63,440 bases of DNA, filler included, from Octopus bimaculoides (GCF_001194135.2; 6 parts of 6 records of this genome joined end to end with filler, not necessarily neighbours in it), one strand, 5' to 3'; shown: positions 1 to 12,553, counted from the first letter of the whole stretch. Translations and numbers: made by a program. Notes: generated from the sequence alone by a model not told the origin.

Positions 1-794
1 TGTGTGTGTGTGTGTGTGTGTGCGTATGTATTATGTATGTGTGTAATGTATATATATATGTATAAACAGGAGATTGGAACAAACCAATTTTCGCTATTAC
101 TTATTTACCTGTTAGTCATATTTTGATGCAGAAAATATTTTTCAGTATTTGGAATCCCGGAATAAACATTTGCATTTCAAGAAGACTTAGGATTTTCATC
201 CTTCCTACATTATCTGTGTGTGATTGTGCGCACGCGCGCACATGCGTGTGCGTGGATCGAGTATGTCATAAATCAGAAAAATATCCAGGCTTCCTTATTA
301 TATTTCATAATAAACCAGATGATGCCTTACAACTCTACAATTGGTATTACTTCAACTGCCCTTTGAAGAAATATAAGAGTGTGTGGAATCGATAGTAAAT
401 TTCTAAGTCTTCACTAACTTAATCAAAGAAATATCACCTCTACTTCTATAACACATTATATGCTGTAAGGTATGGTCTCATTGGTCAGTCAACGAGAAAT
501 AATATACGCGTATGTGCCACAGTGTGTTAGTAGTCTTTTACTTATTCTTCTCGTGTCGGTATCGTTTAACATACAGCACTCGTATGAGTACGGTATCCTA
601 ATTACAATACAGGTTGTCAAGCCATGAGAGAAACACTGATATACACAAGCATTTACAAACAGGTATAAATGTGTAGTAGGTTGTGGTCTGTAGCTAAAAT
701 AGTTAAATGATCTATCTTCCAGTAAGTTTTATACAGTAATCTCCCTTTAATAAATTTCTCGAAACATATACGTCATGAGAAATTGTTCCTATGT

Positions 795-819
795 ATGGCG
801 ACTTTTGAATCACCCTGTG
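795..819 (-). mobile_element. Isolated Tc1/mariner-like terminal inverted repeat
   Basis: Reverse complement CACAGGGTGATTCAAAAGTCGCCAT followed by TA at 820-821; resembles the terminus at 41941. No partner end found. Confidence 0.35.
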
Positions 820-930
820 TATTAAAATCTACACTGCTCAGTTGCCTCACAGTGGTACTTAGCGCGAGGAAAAACATTGTGGCGAAATAAACTACTTAAA
901 CTACATCTATTTATACTTGCGTTTATGTGA

Positions 931-1265
931 AGGCGCCAGTTTTGTGGATAGAGCATTCGGTTCACGATGATAAAGTTGTGAGTTCGATTCCTGCCAGTGC
1001 GTTATAATTTTGAACAAGACACTTTATTTCACGTTGCTCCAGTCCACTCAGCTGGCAAAAACGAGTAGAACCCGTGATCCAAAAGGGCCAGCCTTGTCAT
1101 ATTCTGCGTCACCCTGAATCTCCCTGAGAACTACTTGAATGTTAAACGTGTCTGTGCAGTGCTCAGCACCATGCACGTTAATTTACGAAGCAGGCTGTTC
1201 TGTTCAGGGGATCAAATGGCACCCTCGTCATTGAACTCGATACAGACTGTCAGCATTTCTGTTAC
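931..1265 (+). mobile_element. tRNA-derived SINE (family A here) with 13-bp target-site duplication
   Basis: Co-linear with 53302-53612 over about 300 bp (shared CAAGACACTTTATTTCAC, CTCCAGTCCACTCAGCTGGCA, GAATCTCCCTGAGAACTAC); B-box GAGTTCGATTCC; ACTTGCGTTTATG at both 915-927 and 1266-1278. Confidence 0.85.
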
Positions 1266-1782
1266 ACTTGCGTTTATGAATAATTGCATATATGTATGTG
1301 CGACTTCATGTAAGAATGCTATAAACTAGAAACTAGAATTGTGGTGTTTATATTGTGAATACATTACTTTAAGCTTATTAATATATACTTCAAGTATAAA
1401 AACAATTCTGCACAAGTTTTTTCAGCATTTTTACATGAAAGCAATACCCTCCAATTTTTTATTACATTTTGGTATAATTTAAAAAGTTCCCCTTTAAATT
1501 AGTTTCACAATGTTTCGTATGAAACTGTAGTAATTTTCAGAATATATATTGAAACGTGAGCATAGGGAGAGAGGAAAAAAGTATTATTGCATTTAAAATT
1601 TTGACTTTATAGATGCATATAGAAATGTGTGTGTGGGGGGTGTTTCGTTATCATATCCAATTATAATAAAAGCAATTTTAAGTTAATCTCTCTCTCTCCC
1701 TTTCTCTCTCTACGTACACATACATATATAAATAAATATATATGTGTATGACTGTCTGTATTTACATATACATATGTATGTA

Positions 1783-1837
<55 letters not shown>

Positions 1838-2553
1838 NNNNNNNNNNNNNNNATATATACTTATATATATATGCATATACATACAGGTATATATAATATA
1901 GCTATATAGGTTGATAGATTGAAGGAATAAGTATAATTATGTTTATTGATATATGGGATGAGGAATATCTGCTTCTGTGTGTATATATATATATGACTAT
2001 CGTAAAGAAGCGGATTTCATATTAGAAAGTGCACACTATATGCTAATAATTGCAAATAGAGTAAAATCTTTGAAAAAGAAATGAAATCCACCTTTACAGA
2101 AGGTTATAAATAAAGTACACTTAATATCAGATATTAGTTATGATTAAATAGTAATCGAAAAAATATAGAATTCCATTCAGCGAAATTTTAGAATTTTCTA
2201 AACTTTCAAATGATGAAAAATATTAGTTGTATCTGTTATATTTAGTAATAAATATTGAACACTAACATAATAAAATTATATTAACTACTAGCAAACAAAA
2301 TATGATGTTATTTTAGTGTCGAAATCGAACGTAATCTTCTCAAGAAGAATGTAAAATTAATATGTAAATTATACCATTTGTTTCATATTCGTTATAACGC
2401 GTTATATATATTTGCAATTTGTAGTTTGCATATGATCAGAGTAAGTTAATTTTCGTTAAAAAGATTACTAAGTGAAGCATTCGAATATATGTAAGTTTCA
2501 TTTGGTAATCCAAGTACCTTTTTCAACTATTTGCATTTTAGTCTTACTTTTAG

Positions 2554-2596
2554 AGAGTATGTTGACGATCTCTGCTTAAAACTGTTCGCATATCTG
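2554..2596 (+). CDS. Candidate 43-nt internal exon (xEYVDDLCLKLFAYL)
   Basis: Pyrimidine-rich acceptor TCTTACTTTTAG and donor CTG|GTAAGG; only one frame open. No homology recognised. Confidence 0.3.
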
Positions 2597-3802
2597 GTAA
2601 GGAAGCAAAATTCCATTGGCGATACAGACTGATGCCCCTTTCAAGATGAGCTGGTGAAAGACACTGAGAAGTGAGTGATAGTAGGAATAAAACCAAGATA
2701 GGTAAAGATGTAAGCCCAATTAAAAGCCAAACTAGAAAGCGGAAACATGAAGAGACGTGCTTCTAAGATTAGAGAGGGAGAGAGTGAGACACAGAGAGGA
2801 GAGACATACATACATACATACATACATACATACATACATACATACATACATACATACATACATGCTGACAGACTGTAGACAAACAGATGATAGACAGACA
2901 GAGTCGGAGATAGAGAAACAAGAAGTTCTTAAGAGGTCTGATCATTACGTTGAAATATTGCACCTTGGTACACATGTACAATTATGAATATGCTACAAAC
3001 AGAACATATCAAAGTGTGGGTATTATTTCCATATAGTACGAACACAAAACAAAAACTAAAACACATACATGTGTGTATTTTTGCGCGCGCGCGCGTGTGT
3101 GTGTGTGCAAATGTTGAGAGGAGGTGGACTTCGCGGAAGAATTGCTTACTTTTTCTATTAGAACATCCTAGGTTGTGATCTCTGTATTTGCTGTATACAT
3201 ACATGCATACATACATACATTCATACGTACGTATGTGCAAATATATATAAGCTACTGAATTGCGATTTTTACGAGATGGCATGTCTATTTCTAATACATC
3301 TAATGACCATATGGAGAGATTGGGACACGAAAGCTACAATAAACTAAATTCAGTTAACCATTTCGTTTTCATTAACCCTTTGTCACGACTCTGCATGGCC
3401 AAAGCTAAAGAATTCCGGTAACTTCCTCAACCTATCAGCATTTCCTTTTTCCCTGTTGCTATTTGATTTATGAATAAGCTTTGTTCATATTGGGGTTGGT
3501 GGCTTTGTTTGGTGAATAAATCTTCGTGATGCATATCATTATAATAAATACGGTTTGCGCAGAGTCAGTCCCAGATGTTTGCTCTTCAAATTAAAGTGGC
3601 CTGGCAATAGAGTTATCTTCTCTGAGATGAGCTGCTGAGAAGGTGAATGCACATCTGTTCTGCTTCCGTTGAGTGTCCGTGAGTGACCTTCCAGTTCCAA
3701 GTGAGTGACATTCCAGTTTAAAGTTATAATCTCATACTTAGAAAAATATGTGTGTGTGTGTGTATGACTGCATATGTATCTGTGTTTGTATGTCTCCGTG
3801 GT

Positions 3803-3990
3803 GAGGACGTATGGCCTAGGGAGTTGCGCCTACGATTGTGATATCGTGGTTTGATCGCTCGGCCGGAGAGTGCGTTCCTGATCAAAGCAGTTCACCTCTC
3901 GTTGCTCTGCGATTGCTTGGACATCTGACGTATTGCTTACCGTGCAATTGTACAGGTAATATCGATTCGATGGAAGAGGTCAGTTGATGC
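3803..3990 (+). mobile_element. Degenerate tRNA-derived SINE
   Basis: A-box-like TGGCCTAGGG and B-box-like GTGGTTTGATCGC, then a body distantly similar to family A. Confidence 0.45.
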
Positions 3991-4094
3991 GCAACACAAA
4001 AATTTGATCAATATAGAATAAAAAAAAACCTGTGTAAGTTGTTCAGCAAAAGTGTGCCGATCCATCTACTATGAACAAAAGAGACGACTATACA

Positions 4095-4860
4095 TGTGTT
4101 TGTGTGTGTGTGTGGCGTGTGTATTTTTGTGTGTGCGTAGTGTGTGTGTAGTGTGTATCTGTGTGTATGCGTCTGTGGCTTTGTGTGGTGTGTATCTGTG
4201 TGTGTGTGTACCTGTGTGTCTATTCGTGGTGTGTATTCGTGTGGGTGTGCGTGTGTTTGTGTGTAGTGTGTATCTGTGTGTGTACGTGTGTTTGTGATGT
4301 GTATCTGATTATGTGCGTGTGTGTGCATGTGGTGTGTATCTCTGTGTGTGCGTGCATGTGTGTGGTGTGACCCTGTGTATGTATATACGTGTGTGTGTGT
4401 GTGTGGTATATATGTGTGTGTATGTGTATATTTGTGTGTGTATATCTGTGTCTGAGTGTGTGTTTGGGTGTGTATTTGCGTCTGTGTGTTTTAATGCGTA
4501 TGTGTGTGGATGTGTGTATTTGTGTGTGAGTGTTTGTGTGTGCGTGTGTGTGAGTGTCTGTGGGGGTAGGGTGTATATCTCTGTGTGTATCTGTGTGTGT
4601 GTTTGAGTATGTGCGTGTATGTATTTGACTGTGTGTGTGTATATTTGAGTATGCACGTGTATGTGTGTGCAGTACCTGTGTGCGCGTTTGTTTGTTTACG
4701 TGTTTGTGTGTGTGTATCTCTGTGTGTTTGAGTGTGTGTGTGTACTTGTGTGTGTATGTGTATGCGTATTTCTGTGTATCTTTGTCTGTCTCTTTGTGTG
4801 TGTGTGTATGTGTGTGTATCTTTGTTTGTTTCTTTGCGTGTGTGNNNNNNNNNNGTGTGT
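4095..4860. repeat. Long degenerate (TG)n low-complexity array
   Basis: About 760 bp of interrupted TG repeats; source of the spurious His/Thr and Cys/Val ORFs. Confidence 0.95.
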
Positions 4861-5174
4861 TCATTCGTGCTTGACTGTTTCCATAAATCATTTCCTTTAT
4901 TTTCTTATTAGAATTTTCTGTATATTTCTGTAAAGGCACACTTTCCCCTGTGGCAAAAATCTCTGACTTTCTCAATTTCATTTGGAAACAACGGGATGCA
5001 GAGGGATATGCTTCATGAAGTATATTTAGGGAACGATGAGTGAATGTAGAGAAGGGGTCCAGAGCGACCGGGCCTATTAATAACTGGCATCTGTAGTTTG
5101 TGGAGTGTGGAGAGGTACATGTAATCTTGGGGAGTAGTCTGGTTCGAGATGTCTGTGATTACTCTTTTGCTGCT

Positions 5175-5457
5175 GGGTGGGGCCCATTCCACTCAAAAGA
5201 TCCCTGAATAGGAATTGTTCAGGGATGATGAGCAAAACACCCATGTTTCTAGAACTGAATTATTCAAACCAAACCACAAGGAATTCCTCGAAACACACGT
5301 TGCTATGATGCTCCCCCACTGCTTCTGCTTGTGATCAGATTTGCACAAATCTTCAGCCACTAAGGGTCATACTCAACTGCTTAAGGTCAAGAAACTGGCA
5401 AGCCATTCTCTGGTACTGACCAGAGTATTTGCTGTAGCCCAGGGCATTACTTTTATT
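5175..5457 (-). mobile_element. Internally deleted copy of the (AAT)n-bounded element at 33167-33699
   Basis: Reverse strand shares GGGCTACAGC, CAGTACCA, TTGACCTTAA, CCCTTAGTG, CATAGCAA, ATGGGTGTTT, CTATTCAGG and GCCCCACC in the same order as 33248-33530. Confidence 0.75.
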
Positions 5458-5561
5458 ATAACGAATTCCTTCTTTTATCAGAGGTTCTTTTTTTGTTGTT
5501 GTTGAAACTCCTGAAGTCTTGCACGCGATATTATCATTAATTGTTGCTGAAGACGTTGTCC

Positions 5562-6163
5562 GTGGCGACAGACCTTGTCTGTAGCGACAGACCTTGTCTG
5601 TGGCGACATAGGTTGTCTGGGGGCGACGGAGGTTGGCTGTGGCGAAAGAGGTTGTTTGCGGCGAAAGAGGTTGTCTGTGGCGAAAGAGGTTGTCTGTGGC
5701 GACATAGGTTGTCTGGGGGCGACGGAGGTTGTCTGTGGCGAAAGAGATTGTCTGTGGCGACAGACCTTGTCTGTGGCGAAAGAAGTTGTCTGTGGCGACA
5801 TAGGTTGTCTGGGGGCGACGGAGGTTGTCTGTGGTGAAAGAGGGTGTTTGGTGGACNNNNNNNNNNNNNNNNNNNNNNNNNNNNNNNNNNNNNNNNNNNN
5901 NNNNNNNNNNNNNNNNNNNNNNNNNNNNNNNNNNNNNNNNNNNNNNNNNNNNNNNNNNNNNNNNNNNNNNNNNNNNNNNNNNNNNNNNNNNNNNNNNNNN
6001 NNNNNNNNNNNNNNNNNNNNNNNNNNNNNNNNNNNNNNNNNNNNNNNNNNNNNNNNNNNNNNNNNNNNNNNNGCGACAGACCTTGTCTGTGGCGAAAGAA
6101 GTTGTCTGTGGCGACATAGGTTGTCTGGGGGCGACGGAGGTTGTCTGTGGCGAAAGAGGGTGT
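5562..6163 (+). repeat. 19/20-bp minisatellite with higher-order structure
   Basis: Monomers GTGGCGACAGACCTTGTCT, GTGGCGAAAGAGGTTGTCT, GTGGCGACATAGGTTGTCT and GGGGGCGACGGAGGTTGTCT recur in ordered blocks; N gap at 5857-6072. Confidence 0.95.
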
Positions 6164-6648
6164 TTGGTGGACATGGCAGAAAGGCATGAGGACACATACA
6201 CACTTCTTTGGTAGAGCTCTCATTGACTCCTTCAAGTTTTACTTGAAAAGGAAACTGAGAATAGAGAGGGAAGTGCTGTCTTCGAGTGAGTTTATTGAAT
6301 GGTGGGCAAAGGTTGCGAAAATGGCAAGAGTGGATGGTACCTTTCTCAGTGTAGACCTGTGAGTCGGAGAGAAGGAATTGGAGAGAGCACTTGCTCTTGA
6401 TGTTCAGGTGAATATCGGAGAGTAGGTTTCCTCGATATCCGTATAGGTCGTCCTGTATCAGGAGGGCCACATCTTTATCATCCTCTCTACCCTTTTGATA
6501 ACCTTTGCATACTATGTATATGTTCCTTCCATTCCATTGTATACTGCGTACACTTAGTCCCTTTTTTTCTTCTTTCTCCATCGTCATTTGTAAACCCCCA
6601 CACATAATCTTTGTCTTTGAAATGTCCCCTGGTGAAAAATACATAAAA
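6140..6648 (+). mobile_element. 3' end of a Tx1/L1-clade non-LTR retrotransposon (ORF2 C-terminus plus 3' UTR)
   Basis: VAKEGVWWT...LIDSFKFYLKRKLRIEREVLSSSEFIEWWAKVAKMARV* resembles Tx1-like ORF2 ends; pyrimidine-rich UTR runs directly into an (ATC)n tract. Confidence 0.7.
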
Positions 6649-6677
6649 TCATCATCATCATCGTCATCATCATCATT

Positions 6678-6728
<51 letters not shown>
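6648..6728 (+). repeat. (ATC)n microsatellite, tail or target of the Tx1-like element
   Basis: About 27 near-perfect ATC units; explains the poly-Asp and poly-Ser ORFs. Confidence 0.95.
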
Positions 6729-6730
<2 letters not shown>

Positions 6731-6732
<2 letters not shown>

Positions 6733-6915
6733 TGCTTTACCGTATTTCGCTCGTCGCTACGTTCTGAATTCAAATTCCGCCGAGGTTGACTTTGCCTTTC
6801 ATCCTTTCGGGGTCGATAACATAATTACTAGTTGAACACTGGTGTAGATGTAATCGACTAGCCCCCTTCCCCTAAAAAATTTTCAAGGCTTTTTGCCTAG
6901 AGTAGAAATAAGAAT
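6731..6915 (+). mobile_element. 5'-truncated tRNA-derived SINE (family B)
   Basis: Shares TTCAAATTCCGCCGAGG and GCCTTTCATCCTTTCGGGGTCGAT with the full copy at 18421. Confidence 0.85.
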
Positions 6916-7000
6916 AATTATTATTATTGTTACTGTTGTCGCTATGTTATTTTTGTTGTTGTTGATGTTGCTACTCAGTGATTTATTTAATTAGGCACTT

Positions 7001-7150
7001 AAGGTCGTGAGCTGGTAGAATCATTAGCGTGTCAGGAAAAAAATTCTGAACGATATTTGTTGCGATTCTTTACGTTCCGAGTTCAAAAACCACTTTGGTC
7101 GATTTTGCAATTCCTTATTTCAACGTTGATAAAATAAACTAGCAATGATG
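7001..7150 (+). mobile_element. Degenerate family B SINE
   Basis: GAGCTGGTAGAATCATTAGC head and CTTTACGTTCCGAGTTCAAA B-box region. Confidence 0.65.
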
Positions 7151-7479
7151 TTCAGGGAATTCTAGTATCAATTCACCTATTTCTTACTAAAATTTCTTTC
7201 CTTCTCCTCTATTAGGAAGAATTATCATCAACATCATTATCTATATTACAATGATTGATTGACAGAGACAACAGCCTGCGATATAACATGATTGCAGCAT
7301 TCGTTACGCTTTAAAATCGCACAGAACGTTTTTGTTGCGTTACAATTCACTTTATGCTATACATCCTATGCCTTAACGTTCCATACAATTCTTTTAACTG
7401 CACATTGTTACAATATCATGTGTGTTGGGCAATATTTCTGTTTTAATTTCCTACTCAATCTTCTTATACATGACTTAGT

Positions 7480-8740
7480 TCCTTCGTAACTGCATTTCTT
7501 ACCACCACTTGTGCAATTCCAATGTTATGCTTCAAACATATGCACGTTACTAATGTTTTGGTCTTGGTAGTTCTTAAACATAATTCTTTTTTTCATTATA
7601 CCTGAAAATGCTTTGTTTATGCAGTATCTTTCTGTTTTTTCCTAACGATAATATTGTCTAGTTTCTTGGTTCAGTAACTTGGTCATATTAAGTCTTCAAA
7701 TCCCCTAAATTCTTCATTTTCTTCAACTGCATGCCAACTATTAGCTTTGTTCAAATTGTATTTTCTGCAGAGCTTCCGGTGAAAGTCACGTGCAATATTA
7801 CGTAACTCTATTTGTATTCATTTTGGCATTTTCCCCCACTTTTTTTCTCATAAGTATGACTGCACTTTATTAACGACAGTGTGTTTCACAGAGTTTGTTC
7901 TAAATATACTTGTTTGTGCTACGCTGATCAGCGATTCTGTGGCACCTGTAGTTCTAATCTCCACAACATCTTCCTTACTCCTAGCTGATTATCACATTTA
8001 TTCTTATCTATGAAAACCACTCTACCCATTCTGTTTCTACTCATAGAGAGGTTATTTAACATATTTATTCACATTTCTAAACAAACGTGTACTCATTAGT
8101 GGTTATGTTTCCCTTTCTTAGTCACATAAGCGTATTTCACATAGTTTGTTCCAAGTCTGCTTGTGCTCCACAGATATGCTACACAGATCAATGCTTCTGT
8201 TGCCCCTATAGTGCTGATTTTCACAACACTTTCCTTAGTCCTTGCTGCTTATCACATTCATTTATATCTATGAAAACCACTCTACACATTGTATTTCCAC
8301 TCTATAGTTCACTGATCTGCCTCTTCACATTCTCTGATATTGTTTCTTACCAATGAATACCACAGTCTCATTCATATCAACCATCATTGGTTCTGAACTA
8401 ACCCCCAAAGCAATTTTTCAGAACAGATAAAATCTATTTGATGTCCGTTATCTTTTGTAATATTCCATAACTCTTGAGGTGGCATCAATTTCGCGTCTTT
8501 CTGTCTAACTTTTGAAGTTCAGCCGTCTTCCCTCCTCCATATTTCATTATTAATATTGCCCATGGGTTTATTGCTAATATCATATTTGTTCTGTCTCATT
8601 GATGTCGACGACTTCTAATATTCTTAAGTATTTATATCCACTCCGTTGACTGTCCTCCATTACTTCACCTTTATAAGTATGCCACAGTCACTTATCTTTA
8701 ATTACAAAATTACAGTATTGCTAAATATATTAATAATTTA
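7480..8740 (-). mobile_element. Decayed R4/Dong-clade non-LTR retrotransposon (RT C-terminus to RLE region)
   Basis: Minus-strand fragments GYKYL, NMILAINPWAILIMKYGGG, ELQKLDRKTR, ATESLISVAQ..FRTNSVKH, NIARDFHRKLCRKY and KNYQD appear in the order expected for R4/Dong ORFs; many stops and frameshifts. Confidence 0.75.
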
Positions 8741-9479
8741 AACTAATTTATCTTTCTGATTTCTTCCTGAACTCTTAATACAGTTCATATACAAATTTAA
8801 GTTGCGTATAATTTGTTTTCCACTTTCATACCGAAACACTTTCTTTCGCAAAATTAATAAGGATAACACAATTATTTTAGAAGATGGTATTGCGTATTCA
8901 AACATGAAAAACCTTTCTTAATACTGTTAGTTCAGTCCTTCGTACGTGCATAGGTACTGTGATATATTTTCTCTCAGTTTCAAGAATTCCACTACCCAAA
9001 AATGACATTATATACCTTATATTTTGCTAATGCATAGACCATCCGCACCTTACAATCTTTCATCATTTTGTCTTTTGTTGATAAAGGAATGGGTTTTTTT
9101 TTGTGAATGACAGGGGAACACTACGCATTGAATTTTTTTCCAATGGACTGTGTTTCCCTATCACTGAGAATTGTATACGCATTTCCTGCAAACATTCTGA
9201 AGAATAATTTTCGTATAACTTGGAAACAAGTAAAGCTATCAAGTGCATTCTTTTTAGCTGATCTTTTGTGCACGAAATGAATTCATCGCATGTCATTGTT
9301 AGAGATAACACTTCTTTAATATTTCAGCAGTTGCTGAATATAGCTGATGTTGTGTTCATGAACGTGTAAATATCACTCCGTTATGTAATATATAAATATA
9401 TGCATCTAGTCTTTTATGCGCTTCAGACCAGAGACTGCGGCCATGCTGGAGCACCACCCGTGTAATTAACTTAGACCTT

Positions 9480-10275
9480 CTTATGCAGTTGGCCTTGGTG
9501 AAGGATGGAGTTGACATCGCTGCCCTCTTTTGAGTTTCTTGCTATGATGTAGATTCATCTGGGATCTTGAAGGCGAGGAGGTCAACTTGTTTCTTGAAAA
9601 CATCTTCCACTTCTCCGTGTAGATCTCTCAGATATTTTGGCAAGGTATTAAATAGATGTGGACCCTTGAATCTGAAGCTACTGCAGTACAAGTTCCTTAA
9701 TCTAGACAGGACTGCTGGGGCCTCTGGAACAGAGCACGTACTGATGTCCAGTTCGACGGCTTATATAACCCACGACGCCAAAGTTTGATGCCAACGGCTG
9801 AGGATTTTCCATACGTATATCACTGCATACCTCTCCCGTCTTCGCCCCAGGGAATGGATCCCAGTAGCTCAGATGTTCCATCGATGCAATCTTCCTAGTG
9901 TGGAGTCGCTGAACCGCCTCAAGTTCCGCTATTAATTTGACACCATGGGGTCAACGCATGGTCAACGCGTGGTCCTTTGTTCTGAAATTTCTCAGAATCC
10001 ATCCGACCATTCATCAGCGCATTGCCACCACCTTCGTGGTATGCATGTGAAACGAGGCGTTATTGATCCTATCAATCCCCATATCTCATGCTGTACTTCA
10101 CTCATAATTTACCGCTCCTTTCGGTCAAAAGTATCGTTGATGCGAGATGTTCGCACAACGTAGATGAAAGCGGAGGGATTGGAATTTTCCTGCATTTGAT
10201 TTCATGTTGTTTTCTTTAGACTGTTGACATATGACATCTAAGTCTTTCTGTTGAAGCTTAGCTTCAGAAGGTTTC
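9480..10275 (-). mobile_element. CR1-clade LINE 3' fragment (RT end, thumb and C-terminus)
   Basis: LQQKDLDVI..NNMKSNAGKFQ, LEAVQR, RRERYAVIYVWKIL, FKGPHLFNTLPKYLRDL, VFKKQVD..KIPDE. Confidence 0.85.
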
Positions 10276-10346
10276 TCGACTACTTGTACTAATTTTTGTA
10301 GTGTACTATGTAAATTGTATGTATGTATTATCCTTGTATGAATGTA

Positions 10347-11285
10347 TGAGGGGTACCCAAAAGTAACTGGAAATGTTCTCTGCGGAACAAGTCCTTTGTA
10401 ATTCAAGATTCTGCTGCTAGAGGCTACTTGATGTGACCCTCAAGTATCGGTCTGTCGACCGATGTCTTCCTCCGATGTCGTACCGCCACGATGTACGTCT
10501 TTGTTTTGCTGTGTTTCTCCCCTGTTCATCGATTCTTGCGATGGCTGAAAGGAAGAAACAACGTGCTTCCGTGAAATTCTGTTTTCTACTGGAGAAAACG
10601 GCGGCTGAAATAGTTGTCGTGCTTTAAACAGCTTACAAGGATACCGCCATGAGCAAGACACGTTAAGAAGTGGTTTTCACGCTTTATGAATGATAGCTTG
10701 TCACTTGAAAACCAGCTTCGTTCAGGACGATTGTCAACAATCCGAACGAGTGAAAACATGACAATTCATGAACTTGGAGGAACGTCACCGAACAATTTAC
10801 GAACTGTTGTGTCTTGGAGCTCCTACTAACGAGTTTTGAGCGAGGAGCTACGAATGAAATGAATTGCAGCAAAGGGTATGCCTCGCTTGCTCATCGAAGA
10901 TCAAAAGCAGTCACGACTCAATGCGTGTCTTGAAGGGAAATAACAGTTGGAATTTCATCCGGACCTTTATTCAAGTGACGAAAGATAGTGCTACGGCTAC
11001 GACACGGAAACGAAGCAGCATTCAAGTCAATGGAAGTATTCAATGTCACCACGCCACCAAAACAGAGCGTCAGGTAAAGTCCAATGCCAAGAGGATGCTG
11101 ATTTGTTTTATCGATGCGAAAAGAATTGTCCACACATATATTTTTCCTCTTGGTCAAAAAGTAAACCAGACATTTTACTTAGCAGTTCCCAAGCATTTGC
11201 GAGATGGAGTGACACGAATACGGCCCGACCTGTAGCAAAGTGGAGAGTGGGGTTTTCATCAGAACAATGCATCTGAGCACCGCCC
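10347..11285 (+). mobile_element. Mariner transposase pseudogene, 3'-truncated
   Basis: TA|TGAGGGGTACCCAAAAG terminus; QRASVKFCFLL HTH region, WFSRF, RSGR, ETKQHSSQWK, RQVKSNAKRMLICFID, VNQTFYL and FHQNNASEH (HHDNAPAH equivalent). Confidence 0.9.
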
Positions 11286-12155
11286 TGTTTCAAGCGGCTC
11301 TATTTAATTGAGCAATGAAAACATTACATGAATTTGAATGAAACTGCTCTCTTCACATGCAGATAACCTTTCTCATTTCAAACATAAAGGATAAACCATT
11401 TTAAAAAACTTTACATCAATAATAGAAACCAAAATATTTACATTGTTTCCTTATGTTATATCTGTGGCAGGATGTGTTCAGAAAACAAAGCATATCTTAT
11501 TAAGCCTACTATAATTTACAGAATAGGATCCTTTATGTTTGAAATCTATATGGTCATCTGCTTCTGAAGAGAGCGGTTTCTTTCAAATCGATGTAATGTT
11601 TTCATTGAGCAATTAAGTGGAGCCACTTGAAATGGCCATAGCATATATGTATTACGTATGTAAAGAGAGAGAGATGGAGAGAATTGTGATGTAGATATAT
11701 ATGTATTGCTTTTGACGTGAACAATATTTACCATACACAAACTATATGAACACTCTATACTGCGTTCTTCTGCTTCATAATTCTACGTAAGCTAGATGCC
11801 GTCCCTGTCACCAGTGGTAGGCTTTTCGAGCCCCTGCATTTCCCGTGTTGTGCAGTAAGCATGCAATCATCCAGGTTATTATTTCAACTCCCTCTTTTAT
11901 TTCATCTTTCGTCCTTTGACTACATCCTAACCACACTTCATGTCAATATTGTCTTGGACAATGATTTGTGAAGCTTGTGTTTTCAAAAATATAATGAGTT
12001 TCTTTATACGGTTCTCGAAAATATGTATCTATGAACTTTCGGCTTCTCTACTCCTTCAGTTGTTGTTATCCTACCTTTCCGGCTTATTCTTCTCAAACTA
12101 CGAATGGTGTCTTAGTTTACCTTTACCTGAAGAGTATTCATGTCTGTTTCCGCAG

Positions 12156-12199
12156 ACGACAATTGATATAACACAACAGTTTACTGGCTTCAGTTTTAG
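12156..12199 (+). CDS. Candidate 44-nt internal exon (TTIDITQQFTGFSF)
   Basis: Acceptor GTCTGTTTCCGCAG and donor TAG|GTGAGG; only phase 0 is open, compatible with the 2554-2596 candidate. Confidence 0.25.
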
Positions 12200-12314
12200 G
12201 TGAGGTGTTATGCATTTTGAGAGTAAAATCTTTATTCATTCTTATATCTTCGCGTACACAGCGATTTCCCGACTTTATTTTTTGTCCTAAATACTCGAGA
12301 CCCTTTTACTCTGT

Positions 12315-12504
12315 CTTTCACATGTTTCAGTCATTAGACTCTGCCACGCTCGGACCGCCTTCAAAACATTTTAGTCAAACTGGTCGAACCCAAGATTTAT
12401 TCTTTTAAGCATAATACAAACTCTCTTTTGCTGAACTGTTAAGTTACCAAAGACCTAATCAAACAAAAAAAGTGGTGTAATGTGAGACAAACATAGACAA
12501 AAAT

Positions 12505-12553
<49 letters not shown>

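Noticed and set aside
4008-4981. Long His/Thr and Cys/Val ORFs, and similar ones at 29.1, 35.5, 49.6-52.5 and 53.4 kb
   Set aside because: Translations of TG/CA/TA microsatellites, open in several frames; not evidence of genes.
5562-6163. CRISPR-like appearance of the short repeats
   Set aside because: Monomers are directly adjacent with no unique spacers; eukaryotic context and no cas genes.
5353-6773. 431-aa and 282-aa minus-strand ORFs
   Set aside because: They run through an (ATC)n tract, the antisense of a Tx1 end, a stop-free minisatellite and an N gap.
9190-9240. CUGAAGA...GAAAC-AA-GUA hammerhead core
   Set aside because: The core is complete, but stem II has at most 3 weak pairs, stem I only 2, and stem III is not palindromic. 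It could be chance or very old.
9063-9311. 82-aa minus-strand ORF
   Set aside because: No start context, splice signals or recognisable domain.
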